Assembly: GCF_036321535.1 (NCBI RefSeq)
Contig: NC_087437.1
Span: 107,696,001-107,760,000 of the forward strand
DNA length: 64,000 bases
Direction of reading: 5' to 3'
From: Camelus dromedarius
Taxonomy: Eukaryota
In this document: positions 39,771 to 54,244 of the stretch, in pieces
How the letters are laid out: every line of letters begins with the position of its first letter
Position numbering within the stretch: position 1 is the stretch's first letter
Program-made: the position numbers and the translations under genes
The notes under the pieces: model-generated
What the model saw: only the letters and a program-made list of their open reading frames with translations
Database searches by the model: none
What the model was told of the DNA's origin: nothing

Positions 39771-40975
39771 ATATCAGTGATTACAAGTAGGCAAAGAAAC
39801 TTAAGAACATTCCTAGCATATGAGAAACAGATCGAGTGATGCATCTCTTACATTCAGGAACCAAAATTTGAATTTGAGATTGTCTAACCACAGTTGAAAA
39901 CTATTCATTTTGGATGAATAAGATCCAGTGCTGCTGTTCTTGGCACTCTTGGGAGCACCCAACTGCAGCTCTTAATCTTGAGTACGTACACCGGTGGATA
40001 ACAAATGACTTCTTCCTCGTGCTGGTTCAACTGAGTTACAGCCAGCTTTGTCTCCAAAACTGCATTTGAAGATGAGACACAGAAAGATCTCTCTGATATC
40101 TTCTGCTGTTCAACGTTATGTAAAAAAGGAACATACGTTTGAGAGGAGAAATAAGAGTGATAACCTAACTTTACACAAGTTAGACTTTCTAGTTTGTCCA
40201 AAAGTATGACTACAGAGGTCAGACTGCCAAAGAGCCTGTCAAGGAGATGCTTCTAAATGTGAGAAGCAACAATGATGCTTGATTTAGATCACAAATGATG
40301 CTTCTCCCCCTTATCCGAGACTGGCTTTCCTTAAAGCTGAAGGATCTACCAGCTATGCTAATGGTATTCAATTTGATCGTAAAATGTTAAAATGAACTAG
40401 AATTTGGAGAAAATGCTAACGGTACTTTGAATTCTAGAGAAAATTATTTTCAAGACTTTCATTTTACTCAAAATCTCTGCCCACATCTGAACGTATTTCT
40501 TGGCAAAGATGATAGCAAGAAGAAGGAAGAAAGGAAAGTAGAAAAATTGTATGTGTGTGACAGGTAGGGGAAAGGCCAGATGATATAAAAATTGTCATTG
40601 GTGATATCCAGGAACACCTGAGAGCGTATGAGTATTCAGAAGCCTTGCTATGCCAGGCAGTGAATATTTCATTCTATGGATGATCTATTGGACAAGACAT
40701 GACTACGGAATTATATATATCATCCTTTACAAGTACATCCTTAAAGGAGATGTTGCCAAAAGCAATGTAGGAGACATTATTTGAGTGTATAAGAATCAAC
40801 GTTTAGCAAGTACATTAGGATTTCATCAGGTACTTCAGCCTCAACTAAATGCTCTGAAAATTTCTGATGATTGGTGGGGTTGGAAAAATAAAGGGTCATT
40901 GCAAACTCAATGAAATCATTAGAATGCAATCTTGTCTAATCCTCCGTGAAAGACTAGTTTTTCCACTTTGGATTT

Positions 40976-41560
40976 TGTGTCTGGAATTCCTAAGACCATC
41001 CTTAGACTTGATAATTCACTAGAAGAACTCACAGGAGTCAGAAATTGTTATAGTCATGGTTCTGGTTTATTATAATAAAGAGATACAGAGCAAAATCAGC
41101 AAGGGGAAAAGTCAAATGTTGAAGTCAAGAAGAAATCAAGTACAAGCTTTCATATGATGCTTCTCATTGGAGTCACAGGAGATGTTCTTTGTTCCCCCAA
41201 CAATGGTAGTTGACAACATGAATGAAGAGTTGTCAATTAGGGGAGCTCACCTGAGCCTTGCTGTCCAGGGTTTTTATTAGTGGTCAGTCATGTAAACCTA
41301 GAGTCACCACATTAAGCTTCACACATCAGAGAAAAGGTAAGAATTCATCATAAATCACGTCTATAGCATAAACTATCTAGTTGAATTGGTTCAGCATTGT
41401 ACAAGGCTTCAGGCATGCAAAAGCATCCTTATCATACAAAGCATCCCAAGAGCTCAGTCCTCAGCTTCCAAGAGCCTTCCTAGTGTCAATCCTGAATATA
41501 GGTCTTTATTTGAATGTGTAAGGATTGACCAACTGAAATCCAATCTAAGATATTACTATA
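40976..41560 (-). mobile_element. ERVL-type LTR (MER21/MER77-like)
   Basis: cctaagaccatcc...ttcactagaagaactcacagga...tttattataataaagagatacagagcaaaatcagcaagggg; gctcacctgagccttgctgtccagggtttttatt. Confidence 0.7.
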
Positions 41561-42319
41561 GGATTTTGAAGAACATGTTTTAGTTTTCTCAGATGGTACT
41601 GATACCCAAGTGTTGATGGAAACATGAAGAAGCCTCTGATTGTTGCTCATAAATGCTGTGATAAACCTGGAAAGATTAGGAATTTATTTTATTTTAAATC
41701 TTTAGAAAATCACCAAGGGAAGTTGAGCATCAAATATATTTTCATTGTGAAATATTTTTCCATGTATTTTCAGAGGGCCTTTATCTCCTAGAATAAATAT
41801 GACACAAGACATGGACATATCTACTGGGTGTATTTTCCAGTTATACTTTCAATATGAGGCAGTTTTTAGCTAAGAAAAATATCATCTGCTTTGACAATGC
41901 TCTTGAATATATGTTCATTAATCAGGAGTCATTAATTCAGTGCTCTTTTACTGGAAATGCCCAAGATCAAGAAAAAAATCATGAGACCAAGCAGTTACCT
42001 ATTGGATCACATCTCACATAACAAACTGATGAGGAAGACAAGTGAAATCTGAACTTAAGGATACCAGGCACCAAATACTTGAATATCATCAGATCTCTCT
42101 CTACCTCTATCTCTTATTTCTACCTCTCACTGGCTATCAGCTGGATTTTTCCTCCCTAAGCTTTCTCCACTGAGCAGGTAATATGGGCAGCTAAGAAAAG
42201 GATTCTTATTGGCCCATACGCTTAACTTTGGACCAATCAATCTCATCAGAGGACACCATCTTTTAAAAGATGGCTCTATAATTAATTTATTTAACCCTGG
42301 CCACATTTGGGTAGGAAGT

Positions 42320-42706
42320 TGTACTGGGTTGAATGGTGGCCTCCCAGAATCTGTGAATGTTACCCTATTTGGGGAAATTGTCTTTCCATATGTAATTAAG
42401 GATCTTAAGATGAAGCCAACATCTTGAATTACATAGGTGGGCCCCAAATCCAATGGCAAGCGTCCTTATAGGAGACACACAGGTAAGACACACAGACAAA
42501 AGATCAGAAAGCAATGTGAAGACAGATGCAGTGACTGGACTGATGTGGTTGCAAGCCAAGGAACCACCAGAAGCTGGAAGAGGCAAAGGACAGATTTCCC
42601 CCTAGAGCCTCCAAAAGGAATGCAGTTTGGACAATCCTTTGCTTCAGACTTCCAGCCTCAAGAACTGTGAGAGAAAACATTTCTGTTATTTTAAGCCACT
42701 AAGCTT
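42320..42706 (+). mobile_element. MaLR LTR (MLT1B/C-like), 3' end cut by L1
   Basis: tgtactgggttgaatggtggcctccc, ccagaagctggaagaggcaaagga, gaactgtgagagaaaacatttctgttattttaagccact. Confidence 0.85.
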
Positions 42707-42718
42707 AACACAGGAGAG

Positions 42719-43010
42719 TTTTTTAAATTATTATTTTCAAATAACTTTAGATTTACAGAAGTGTCACATGGATCAGAGAGTTTCTACTTATTCTTCACCC
42801 ATTTCTCTTATGTTAATATCTTACATGATCATGACACATTAATCGAAATTAAGAAATAAATGTTGGTACAACCCTATTAACTAAGCTACAGGCTTTATTC
42901 AGATTTCAGGTTTAGAGTGGGGCTGGTCTTTTTTTGTGTTTTAGGATCCACCTTAGGATCCCATGTTGTTTTTGGTCATCATGGCTCCTATTCTCTTCCA
43001 GTCTGTGATG
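42719..43010 (-). mobile_element. L1MB/MC-like 3' end
   Basis: aaataactttagatttacagaag, ttaatatcttacatgatcatg, ctattaactaagctacaggctttattcagatttc. Confidence 0.7.
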
Positions 43011-43162
43011 GTTATGTCCACCACAGCTGGGATCAGAAAGAGAAAGGGATAAGGAAAAAGGAAGAAAGAATAGGTGGAGATGAAGTCTGTGTGGTATAGA
43101 GGTAGTAGTTCCAGGACACACTGAAGACCAAAGAAAACATGGTCATGGATGCTAGAGACCAC

Positions 43163-43534
43163 TACTATGGGCTGAGTGTTTGTGTCCACTTCAAATGTAT
43201 ATGCTGAAACCCTGATCCTCAATGTGATGACATCTGAATATGGAGCCTTTAGGAGGTAATAAGTTTATGGGAGTAGAGCTCTAACGATGGGATTAGTGAC
43301 CTTATAAGAAGAGACAGTACAAGCTTCCTCTCTCTGTCTCTTTCTCTGTCCTGTGCCATGTAAGGATGCAGTGAGAAGGCAGCCATCTATGAACTAGGAG
43401 GAAGGCCATCACTAAAAACCCAATCACACTGGAACTCTGATCTCAGGCATCCAGAACTATGAGAAATAATTATTTGTTATTTAAGCTACCCTTGATACAG
43501 TAATTTATTACAGTGGCTCAAATTGACTACGCCA
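43163..43534 (+). mobile_element. MaLR solo LTR (MLT1A-like)
   Basis: tactatgggctgagtgtttgtgtcc, gatgggattagtgaccttataagaagagac, ccagaactatgagaaataa. Same family as 5689-6055. Confidence 0.85.
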
Positions 43535-44854
43535 GGCACCATCTGATTAGAAGGGCCCTAGCTATGTTCTAAGGAAGAGGTTTCTTGCTAGATAAGGCAC
43601 CCTAGTAACAAGCTCTAGTAAACAAGTGTAAGCATTCATTCAAAGTGATTACATGGGGTGAGCTGGTGACTAGACCTGTTGGACTAGTTTTGATTCATAG
43701 AGCATGAATCTGGAGAGTTATCTTTCACATGACAAGCCCTGTTCATTTCTATAAGGATTGAGCAGTTGACTAAAATTTGCCCCTTATTTATTATCACTCG
43801 TCTGTAGTGTTTCCTAAGGTATTTGCTCAACCTGACCTGTTCCGCTCAGGCCTTGTTCAATATAGAGTCTCATCAGTGTCCAGGCCTCATCTCATTGCAC
43901 CACTGGCTATTTCAGCCTCCCTGGACAGGGGCTGGACAGCGGTTTGGAAGCTGAAGCAACTCCAGTGCCCAGGGAGACTCTGGCCTGCCCAGTTCCTGTT
44001 AGGGAGACTACATAACACAATGCTAAGTGTTGGGGATTTCAGACCATTGGGATAAAATATGGTCACTGACAGTCAGGAGAAATGGAGGAGCCAACATATT
44101 ATTTCTTCACATTTACTCACATCCTCCCTCTCCCTCAAAGAGTCATCTTGGGAAAATATTTCCCTTAGCTTTTCCATAGACTGAGTAACACTCAGCCAAC
44201 AGCTGTGTATCTTGTGGTCAGTTCAGGAACACACCACCTTGAATGTGATATTTTTTTCCCCCTCAACTTTTGCGACCTGGAATTGCACCTCTTCCCACAG
44301 TGTTACCACATCAGCTTTGCTTCAGGCTCTATTTTCTAGGGGGGCTTTAACTCATCACCCTCCACCGCTATACAGACACAAATGTTCTGCCAAGTCACAT
44401 GCTCATTTCACTGCCGTCAGCAGGAGCAGATGTTCAAGTCCAACTATGTTCATTCCTTCCTTTTGGCGATCTTGGAAGCAGTTAAGAATTTCTGCTCTTG
44501 AGCTCTTCTTCCAATTGGGGGCACACATCAAGATGCAGCTGTTGCACCAGGAGCTGCAATTCTGCAGGCCTGCCAACTGGCACATTCCATCATACAGTAA
44601 GAATTATCAGGATGTGGAATCCAAATACCAGCTACAGGCATAACTTCATATCCTGACAGTGGTGTGGGTGGCACAAATAAACATGTTTATTTTATTTTTC
44701 CTGATGAGCAGAGAATTGAAAATGGTACCTCTGTACAGTCCTTTGCCAAAGGTGGAGTTTGATTTTCTACAAAGACTTGGAGCTACACAATGGAGACTGA
44801 GAATTCTGCTGAATGAATTCTAAATATTTGAGAAAAAGTGTTAATAACATGGAG

Positions 44855-45295
44855 AAGAGTTGAATAGTGTCTCCCCAAATTCAAGTGCATCATCACTTCA
44901 TGATATCTTATTTGGAAAAAAAAATTCAAATGCAATTAATTAAGGATTTTCAGATGAAATCATTCTGGATTTAGCTTGAGCCCTAAATCCAGAGAAGAGT
45001 GTCCTTATAAGATGAGGAAAGGACACAGAAACAAAGGGAGTCATAATGAAGACTGTGTGAAGGTAAAGGCAGAGACTAAAATTATGGTACCACAAGCCAA
45101 AGAATGTCAGGACCTACTAGAATCTGGAAAAGGCAAAGAACGATTCTCCCTTTGAGATTTGGAAGGGCTGTGATCCTGCCAACACCTTGATTTCAGACTT
45201 CTAGCCTCCAAAACTGTGAGGGAATAAATTTCTGGGTTTTTTTAAGCCACTAATATTATGGTATATTTTTATGGCAGATCTAAGAAACTAAAACA
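44855..45295 (+). mobile_element. MaLR solo LTR (MLT1B/C-like)
   Basis: gttgaatagtgtctccccaaattc, cctgccaacaccttgatttcagacttctagcctccaaaactgtgag, ends gaaactaaaaca. Confidence 0.85.
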
Positions 45296-48200
45296 GAACA
45301 CAGTGGGAAAACCCAAAACAGCAACAGAAAATGTTGATTGTCTAAGAGAACTAAGGAGCAGGAGTGGAGGTAAGGAATGAACAAAAATAGCAAGAAGCTT
45401 GATGCTAAGTCATGTCTTTGCCTCACTCCACAGCCTTTACCTACTTACTAGCAGCTAAAAGCAGTCTTTCCATCTGGGTGTCTGGGTCACATGTTTAAAG
45501 AGGAGAGCATTTCTTGATGTTAAATATATCGAATTGTGTAACATAGGGTGAGTGATATAGTCTTCCGTGGACATAGGCACCAGTCTTGAAACTAATGCTT
45601 TAAATTACGATCTTTCTATCAACTGATTGGAATCTATGTCAATGTATTGCTACTCAATTGGTTGAAATAAATATATTAAGATCCTAGAGGTATTATAAGA
45701 TTTTTTTGATGGCTGCTTTTGATTACTTGACATCATTGAGTAATGAACAGCTTTAAATTTCTCTCTTAAGTGATGAGTGAAAAAGATTTACTGTAATTTA
45801 AGGATTGACATATAACATTGCTAATTGTAGGTCTATTAGTAAATCAAATTTTATATATAATTTTAAGGATCATAGGTACAGGAATTAAAGTTTGAAACCA
45901 GTATATAAGACTAAGGCCAATAAATTTTAAGCAATGGTCTAGCTTTAAAATTCTGCCATCTTTAGTGTGAGAAAAAGTATAAATACAGAACAAATTTATA
46001 AATTGAAAGTTTTGCAGTCTATTACTGATTTACTCTGTAGTCTAACACCTTATACAGTTTAGGTTTTCCCAGCTGTGGACAATCATTTTGTTTCCTCCTA
46101 AAGTTTTTGGAGTTTTTTTGGATGTTACAGTAGATACAATGAACCTAAAAATGGACTTATTGGTATCATTGAATGACCTCAGTTTCTTTTATCTGGATCT
46201 TCTAACTTTCCCAAGAGCCTCCCATGAAGAAGGCTCTGCATAGCTAGAATATTTCTCCAGTGAGTCAAGTTGTCTCCTGGATAAAAACACCAACAAAGCA
46301 AAACAAGCTTACACAAGTGGCAAACTTCACATTGCTGAAGAATGAATGACAGAACCTCAAAGTGTGAATAATGTTTCATTCACAGCTGTTGTGTTCTTTT
46401 TGTCTGGTTGGCAAAACATATTAGTTTAGCCTTTACCCACCTATTCTAGCTTGAGCAAAATGCTTTAACGTCTGATGCCTTCAATATATGACTTCAAAAT
46501 TGCATATTTTTCAATAGATCTTACCCTCCATCCTGCAGTTGTAAAGAAGATGAGGTAGGCAACTGATTAAAATTTACAGATCTTTAATCCAAAATTTCCT
46601 TAAAGCCTTCAACGTTTTTGTTAACAAAAGGCTATGTGTAGTCTTTGTAACTATTGTTATACATTATCCAATACTGCCTAAGAACCATTTCTTGACAATG
46701 GGTTATTATGGAATTACTAACTTTGAGAATTACGTGTTCTATTATTCTTGTATAGAAGTAAACTCATTTGCAAATAAACATCCCCACATAATCAAAGGGG
46801 CTATTCAAGCCCATTCCAAACTCAGTGAAATGCTGATTTATGTTGCAGGAGCCTGCTGATCAAATATGTTGACTTCATAGGTTTTCCTGGCTTGAATGGC
46901 CAAGTCCAACCTTTGTAAAATAGAGTTACGTTGCTTGGGTGAAGTTTTCTGACCACAAGATGTAATTGTGATTGTTTTGAATCTTATTGTTTTTCTGTAA
47001 CTAGGTAACACATACAGGAAAAAGAACTGGTTTCTCCCTATGGTTCATTAAAAAAAAATTTTAAAGTGTGTATGTGTGTGTGTGTGTTTTACAAAGACTG
47101 AGTAGAAATGTGTAGTGTTCTAACTCCTGACATACACAAGTTACAGTAGGCACAGAACCACCAACCAACAAAACAATTGTTTAATATTGTGACTATTTCT
47201 TTTTTTCTCTTGGAGGATTATTTTTATCCAAACCATTCCTATCACATTTTCTTTCCACCTCCCTCTGAAAATCATGGGTTGTCTTCACTCATGGATCATC
47301 ATTTCAAAATAGGGAGGATTCTTCAGGAATGACTTTTAATGTGGTTTTGCCCCCAATGAGTACTCTGTTGAATCACTAACATAAGCTAGGCACTTAAATT
47401 TTTATGTCTCATCATTTCCACACTGAGAGCATCAATGAGAAATTACTTATTGTCAAAAGGAATGTGATTTTGACTAAACCATACATTAATTTGATGAAAA
47501 GAGAATAGAATCAATATAAAAGTGACATTTCAATACAAGAAAGCTTAGAAGTAGAATATTTTAAAAATCATTCTTTAAGTAAGATTTTAGCCAGAATTCA
47601 CATATGGATATTTTTAAGACAAAGTTAAGATTAAATAACTAGCAATTTTAAATCTATTTCTCAAATCAGAGTTCTCAATTTTTTTCTCTAAAAATTATTG
47701 TCAAACTTATACAACTTCATTTTACATCTAATAGGTGAACCTAAAATTGAAACCTTTTTATAGTAATTGGAAAGGTAAATATAGAAACAGACATTGGCAC
47801 TAATTATCTTAATGAAATAGCATTTACCTGAATCTTATTGCACTGAACATTTTGAAAGTTACAGTATACATTTAAATTGTACTGAATATAAAATCCATCT
47901 AGTCACAGATAGAATCCTCAGTTCTCAGCTACAGACAGCTAATGTCGTAGGAGAGACACAGGACAGTTAAATTAAGTATAATGTGTTGAGGAAGGATTGG
48001 GTTAGAGAAGAAATGAAAAGCTTTACTGCACAAATGGGAACAGAAAAGTAAATACAAGTAGACCTCATTTTATTGTGCATCATTTTATTGCATTTGGCAG
48101 GTACTGAATTTTTTACAAATTGAAAGTTTGGCCAACACTGCATCCACCAAATTCATCTATTCCATTTTTCCAACAGCATTTGCTCACTTCGTGTCTCTGT

Positions 48201-48490
48201 GTCACATTTGGATATATTTTACAGTATTTCTAGCTTTTAAAAAATTATTATTTTATTTGTTATGGTGATCACTGATCTTCAATGTTCCCATTGTAATTGT
48301 TTTAGGGAGCCATGGTCACACACATATGAGACAGGTGAACTTATCAATACATGGTGTGTGTGTTTCAACTGCTCACCGACCAGTTGTACTCTGTCTCTGT
48401 CCCTGTCCTCAAGCCTCCCTACTCCCTGAGATACAACAATATTGAAATTAGGCCAATTAGGCCAATTAATAACCCTACAATATCCTCTGA

Positions 48491-49844
48491 GTGTTCAAGT
48501 GGAAAAAGAGTCACATGTCTCTCACTTTAAATCAAAAGTTAGAAACGGTCAAGCTTAGTGAGGGAGGCATGTTGAAAGCTAAGACAAGTCAAGAGCTAGG
48601 TCTCTTGTGCCAAACAGTTAGCCAAGTTGTGAATGCAAAAGAAAAGTTCTTGAAGGAAATTAAAATGCTACTCCAGTGAACACATAAATGATAAGAAAGC
48701 AAAACAGTCTTACTGATGATATGGAGAAAGTTTCAGTGGTCTGGATAGAAGATCAAGCCGACACAATATTGTAAACCGACTATACCTTAATTAAAAAAAA
48801 AAGGAAAAAACAAACAAACAAACAAACAAACAAACAAAGAAACATTAAGCCAGCCACAACATTCCCTTAAACCAAAGTCTAACCCAGGGCAAGGACTTAA
48901 CTCTCCTCAACTCTGTGAAGGCTGACAGAGGTGAGGAAGCAGCAAAAGAAAATTCTGAAGCTAGCAGAAGTTAGTTCATGAGGTTTAAGAAAAGAAGTCG
49001 CCTTCAAAACATCAAGGTGCAAAGTGAAGCAGCAAGTGCTGACGTAGAAGATCTAGCTAAGATCATTAGTGAAGGTGGCTACACTCAACAGCAGACTTTC
49101 AATGTAGATGCAACAGCCTTCTCTTGGAAGAAGATGCCATCTAGCACTCTCACAGCTGAAAAGGAGAAGCAAATTCTTGACTTCAGAGCCTCAAAGGACA
49201 GGCTGACTCTCTTGTTAGGCCCTAATGCAGCGGGTGATGTTGTTGAAGCCAATGCTAATTTACCAACCCCCCAAAACCTAGGGCCCTTAAGAATTATGCT
49301 AAATCTACTCTGTCTGTGTTATGTAAATGGAACAACAAAGCCTGGATGACAGCACATCTCTTTACAACATGGTTTACTAAGTATTTTAAGTCCACAGTTG
49401 AGAACTACTGCTCAGAAAAAAGATTAATTTTGAAATATTATTGCTCATTGACAATGCACCTCATTACCCAAGAGCTCTGGTGGAGATGTGCAAGGAGATA
49501 AATGTTGTTAGCATGCCTGTTAACAATATTCTTTCTGCAGGACACAGATCAAGGAGTAATTTTGACTTTCAAGTCTCATTATTTAGGAAATATGTTTTGT
49601 AAGACTAAAGCTATGATAGAGTGATTCCTCTGTCGCATCTGGGCAAAGTAAATTGAAAACCTTCTGGAAAGAATTCACCATTCTGGATGCCATTGAGAAC
49701 ATTTGTGATTCATGGGAAAAGGTCAAAATGTCAATATTAATGGAAGTTTGGGAAAAGTTGATTACAACCCTTATGGATGGATTTGTGGGGTTTAAGACTT
49801 TAGTGAAGGAAGTAACCCCAGATGTGGTGAAAATAGCAATATGA
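48491..49844 (+). pseudogene. Decayed Tigger1 transposase (CENP-B-type HTH and DDE domain)
   Basis: Fragments in several frames: [72 protein letters not shown]. Frameshifts, a TAG near 48972 and an L1 insertion disrupt it. Confidence 0.92.
48760..48837 (+). mobile_element. Very short L1 3' terminus with A-rich/(CAAA)n tail inserted in Tigger1
   Basis: gacacaatattgtaaaccgactataccttaattaaaaaa matches the L1 end at 58040 (gacacagcattgtaaactgcctatacttcaataaaaa). Degenerate TSD agaagatcaagcc / agaaacattaagcc. Confidence 0.85.
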
Positions 49845-52800
49845 TTAGAATTAGAAGTGGACTTGAAGATGTGATGGAATTGCTGCAGTTTTATGATAAA
49901 GCTTTAAAGGATAAAGAGTTGCTCCTTATGAATGAGCAAAGAAAGTGGTTTCTTGAGATGGAAACCATTCCTAGTGAAGATGCTGTGAAGACTGTTGAAA
50001 TGACAACAAAAGATTTAGGATGTTACATAGATGTGGCTGGTAAAGCTGAAGCAGAATTTGAGAGAATTGACTCCAATTTTAAAATAAGTTCTACTGTGGG
50101 TAACATGCTTTCAAACAGCATTGCACACCACAGAGAAATCATTCATGAAAGGAAGAGTCAATCAATGTGGTAAACTTTATCATTGTCTTATTTTAAGAAA
50201 TTGCCACATCTACCCCAACCTTCATCAGCCACAACCCTATCAGTCAGCTGCCGTCAACACTGAGGCAAGATCCTCCACCCACAAAAAGATTATGACTTGT
50301 TAAAGGATAGGATGATGGTTACCATTTTTTTAGAAATGAAGAATTTTAAAATTAAGGTATGTACATTGTTTTTTTAAGACATAATGCTATTGCACACTTA
50401 GTAAACAATAGTATTATGTGAACATTACTTTAACATGCACTGGCACACCTAAAAGTTTGTGTCAATCACTTCATTGCAATATTCACTTCATTGTCTAGAA
50501 CCAAACTAGAAATATCTTTGAGACATGCTTGTAGAAGGTGGCTAAGTGGAGAAAAGAAGAAAGGGATATTGAAACAACAGAATAAAATATGCAAAGTCCT
50601 GGAATCATAAAACAATATAAACCATCCTGCAAAGGCAATAAGGAGATGAAGATGGAGGTGGAGGGGGTGGAGAGAGAGACGGAGAGAGAGGGAGATTCCA
50701 ACATGGACACAAAATCCCTTCCTAAGAGCCACAACCTCAATTGGCCATAGTTTTAGCAGATAAGCCCAACGACTTATGAGGACAAACTTGAGCATTGTTT
50801 CGGGTTGGGGAGGTTGTGATCAGGAGTGACATGTTTTGCTCTGCTCCATCATTTTCTGTTTTGAGAGCCAGTCTGTCCACAGATAGCAGAGGAATTGTTG
50901 CTCAAGGCCATGGAATAAACTCTGTAGTCTAAGTGGTTGAGACCTTTAATCTAAAAGAAAGTGCCTGAATCCAGCTGGTAAGTCTGTTTGATTCTGGATG
51001 CCTTCAAGAAATCTGATTATAAAGAAAAGAAATGGGGGTGGGAGAGACTGTAATGAAAAATAGAGGTGAGGTTACTAAAAAAGGTTATTTATTAGATTTG
51101 TATTGTTCAGTTGGAAGAGTCTTAAGCATGTTTATTGTTTGAAATAAGTCATGAGGAAGAAAAAGACTGAAAAATCAAAGATAAGAGTTGGGTGAAGAGC
51201 AAAATTACATGAGGAAAAAGGTGAATGATTTCAGGTGAACATATGACAGAGTTCTCCTAAGTGGAAGAGCTACTGCTGTAACCATCAAAGTGGCAGAGAT
51301 GGAAGTGGAGGGAAGCGGTGGCTTATGACATCTGTTTTCACCTTGGCATATAAAGCAGAGTTTTTTCCTAAGACTTGAAAGTCATGAAATAGAGCTGAGA
51401 CATGAAGTAAAACTTTGACATAGTGTCCAAAAGTTGTGTCTTAGAACGATGAATTTCTCTATTGCTATCAAATGTTTGTAAGGCAAACTTTTATTTTTTC
51501 CCTTTGGATAGCTATATTTTCTTAAAACAATTATGTGCTACTTAATTTCATTAAATAAACATTCTTCTTTCCTCATAGAATTCTATTTCTATATACTCTA
51601 CATATTTTTTTCCTCCAGATTTAATTTAGATCTTTAATTACTTCATCAAAATGACCTTTGGGGTGCTTAAATTATTGAGAAGATTTTTAAACATCCAGTT
51701 CATAAGTTACATCCACTTCAGTGTAAATGTATAGGTGTTTCTAGAAACATCTTAAGCCCCTCCACAAATATTTTTAATGAACTAAAACAAAATATTTCTG
51801 ACATGAATCACACAGCATTTGTCTGATATTAAAATTTTACAACATCCATTAGGGAAATACGACCTGTTCTCTACCTGAATATGCTATTCTGAATTTACAG
51901 AGGAAATTTCACGTGTGAAAGTTTCATCTCCTGATTCACACTGCCGGACTTGTAAGTGGTATTTTACTTAGCAGTGTTGGTTATGAGTCATTTATGCCAA
52001 AGAGCTCTTAGTTATAAGGCGTTTTGTACATTCCTGTTTCATGTAAGAAGGAGAGGTGGAGTTAGAATGCACTCACTGAGTGTGCTTCTCCTTTTTAAAG
52101 TATATAATTGTGAGTCACTTGTCAGTGAAACTGTCAGTGACACATCTTTAATGACATGTCTTCAGAGCAAGGCAGCTGGGAAACTTTCAGAAAGTAACGT
52201 TTTCAGTGAAGTCAATTTTAGGGGATTCTTTTTCACTCCAATACTCATTTTTTATAGTCACTTTATCTTTCAAACTATAACTTCGATGCTATGCACATGT
52301 ACATATCTAAATATGTATAGATTGTAGAAGTTAGAACATACATTCAAACTATATAAATACACTTAAGTCTGAGGTTCTTAAATCTTCAAAACCAAATTGT
52401 TTTTAAACATTATATACGAGATTGTATCTGTTTATAAGTGTCTATATATATGTAAATATTTAAGGTAAAATAATTTAAGTTTTTAAAGAACATGTTCTAG
52501 AAATATTAATTGTAATATCAAAGGATCAAATACCATTGCATTATGACATAAAATATTAAAAGTAAATATAACATATCTGCAGCTGCGTTAGATAAGTCTA
52601 AATTAAAGACTTTAGTAACTGTTTCTGTAGATTCAGACAAAGAATAAGTGTATTTTTGAATCTTGAATATAAGTGTCCCACTTTGAATATGTTTTCATTG
52701 ATTTTTATAAAGGATGTTTTGGTAGATGTGTTCTCTGAACCACTTGGCATCAATTCTCTCTTCAGGTAGTAGTAACACTTGTATTTACCTCTCAGGGCTC

Positions 52801-54244
52801 ACGATTTCTTAGAACCATTGCTACCCAGGTTTTGGAGTGTACTAATTATTTAAGCCTGAACAGTCAGAGGAATGCATCTCCCTTACCTAAACGAGGCAGA
52901 CCAGAGCCAGAGAGAGGGGATCTCGAATGTACCAAATACAGAGAAACACTGAAGCCTACACTTGTGGTAGTTATCCTCAAGTGAATACTTCTGCTAAACT
53001 AAATTTCATTTTTATTGCTAACTTTCTCTTCTTTATTTTGTGAATTCATATTATTTGGCCTAATTTTAACTGAGATATCCACATATTCTTATCAAGGTAT
53101 CTTATTTCTTGAGCTTCATCTTTCTAGATGGAAGGGTTTTCAGCTTGACTAACATTTCTGGCTTCTCTCTAAAAATTGTCATTCACTTCTCTCTACGGGA
53201 AAAAAAAAATGACTTAACTAATTGGTATATTTGGAGGAAGAAACCGAACAAACCTCTACAAACCCCTTTCCTTGTCCTCTTTTCATACCCAGTCTATCTA
53301 TGGACACACATCTGCATTTGCTCTCTTGTCTTGCATTAACCTTAGTGAGGAGAGCCCCGTCCCTGTGACAGAGATGTACAGTCGCCTTAGCCTTGCCCGT
53401 GATTGGAGCAGACACTTTATAATATAGTGGAAAGCTTAAACGTTTAGTCAGGTGTTTAAATCACGTCTCCAATCCAGCTTCTATCAATAATAGACTTTTA
53501 TTTCAATCTGCATGATCTGATAACTGTCACTTCATGGGCCCTGGTTTGGGAAGGAGAAGAAAGAGATAGTATTAAGTTACCGACATTGAATCCTGCACAG
53601 TTGTGATCACTCCAGCTAGTTAATACCCTATAGATTAGATATGTTCCATTGTAGTGTATGCATAATGGGCCTTCCCCTGTTCTGTGACCTTTTCCTCCCA
53701 TTAAGAAGCTTCGTACTTTATAGGATTTTTACTATTATTATCACCTTGAGGAATTCTTCTACTGTTTCTTTAATACTGGGTTGGACACTGCCCCTGCTTA
53801 GAGGCACAGTACTAAATTTGAGAATTTGTCCCACAATACTTCTATTTACTCTTCTCTTGTCTGTGTCTGCTACCAGTTCTGAAGCTTCTTATCGGCAAAA
53901 AATTTCTTCCTGAACATTGTAATACCCACAAGCAAGTATGTAAACAGGCATAGAACAATTACGTGAGAAATGCATTTAAAAAAAGAGGGATTGAAACAGT
54001 ATGTTGATAGATAGTTGAATATACCTGTGGTCTATAAAGCACTCTTTCATACATTATCATTTTGTATCTTTATAATAGTTCAATTCAAAGAGTAAAATGT
54101 ATGACATTCTCTTTTTAAAAATAAGGATATGACATCTGTCTAATGTTTTAAATGTATGATTCTATAATGTAATACGATAACAGTGTGTCCTATAAATGAA
54201 TTTCATTTAGCCTTTGGGACATAGAAAAATACTTTTAAAGTCAG

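Larger units (their letters stand above)
48055..50531 (+). mobile_element. Full-length Tigger1 DNA transposon (TcMar-Tigger/pogo)
   Basis: TA TSDs (48053-54, 50532-33), degenerate TIRs caagtagacctc... / ...gagacatgcttg, length about 2.4 kb after removing the internal insert, transposase remnants inside. Confidence 0.95.

Noticed and set aside
48491..50303. TIGD1/CENP-B-like gene suggested by several ORFs
   Set aside because: The fragments are in different frames with stops and an L1 insertion, and lie between Tigger1 TIRs and TA TSDs. This is a dead transposon, not a domesticated gene.
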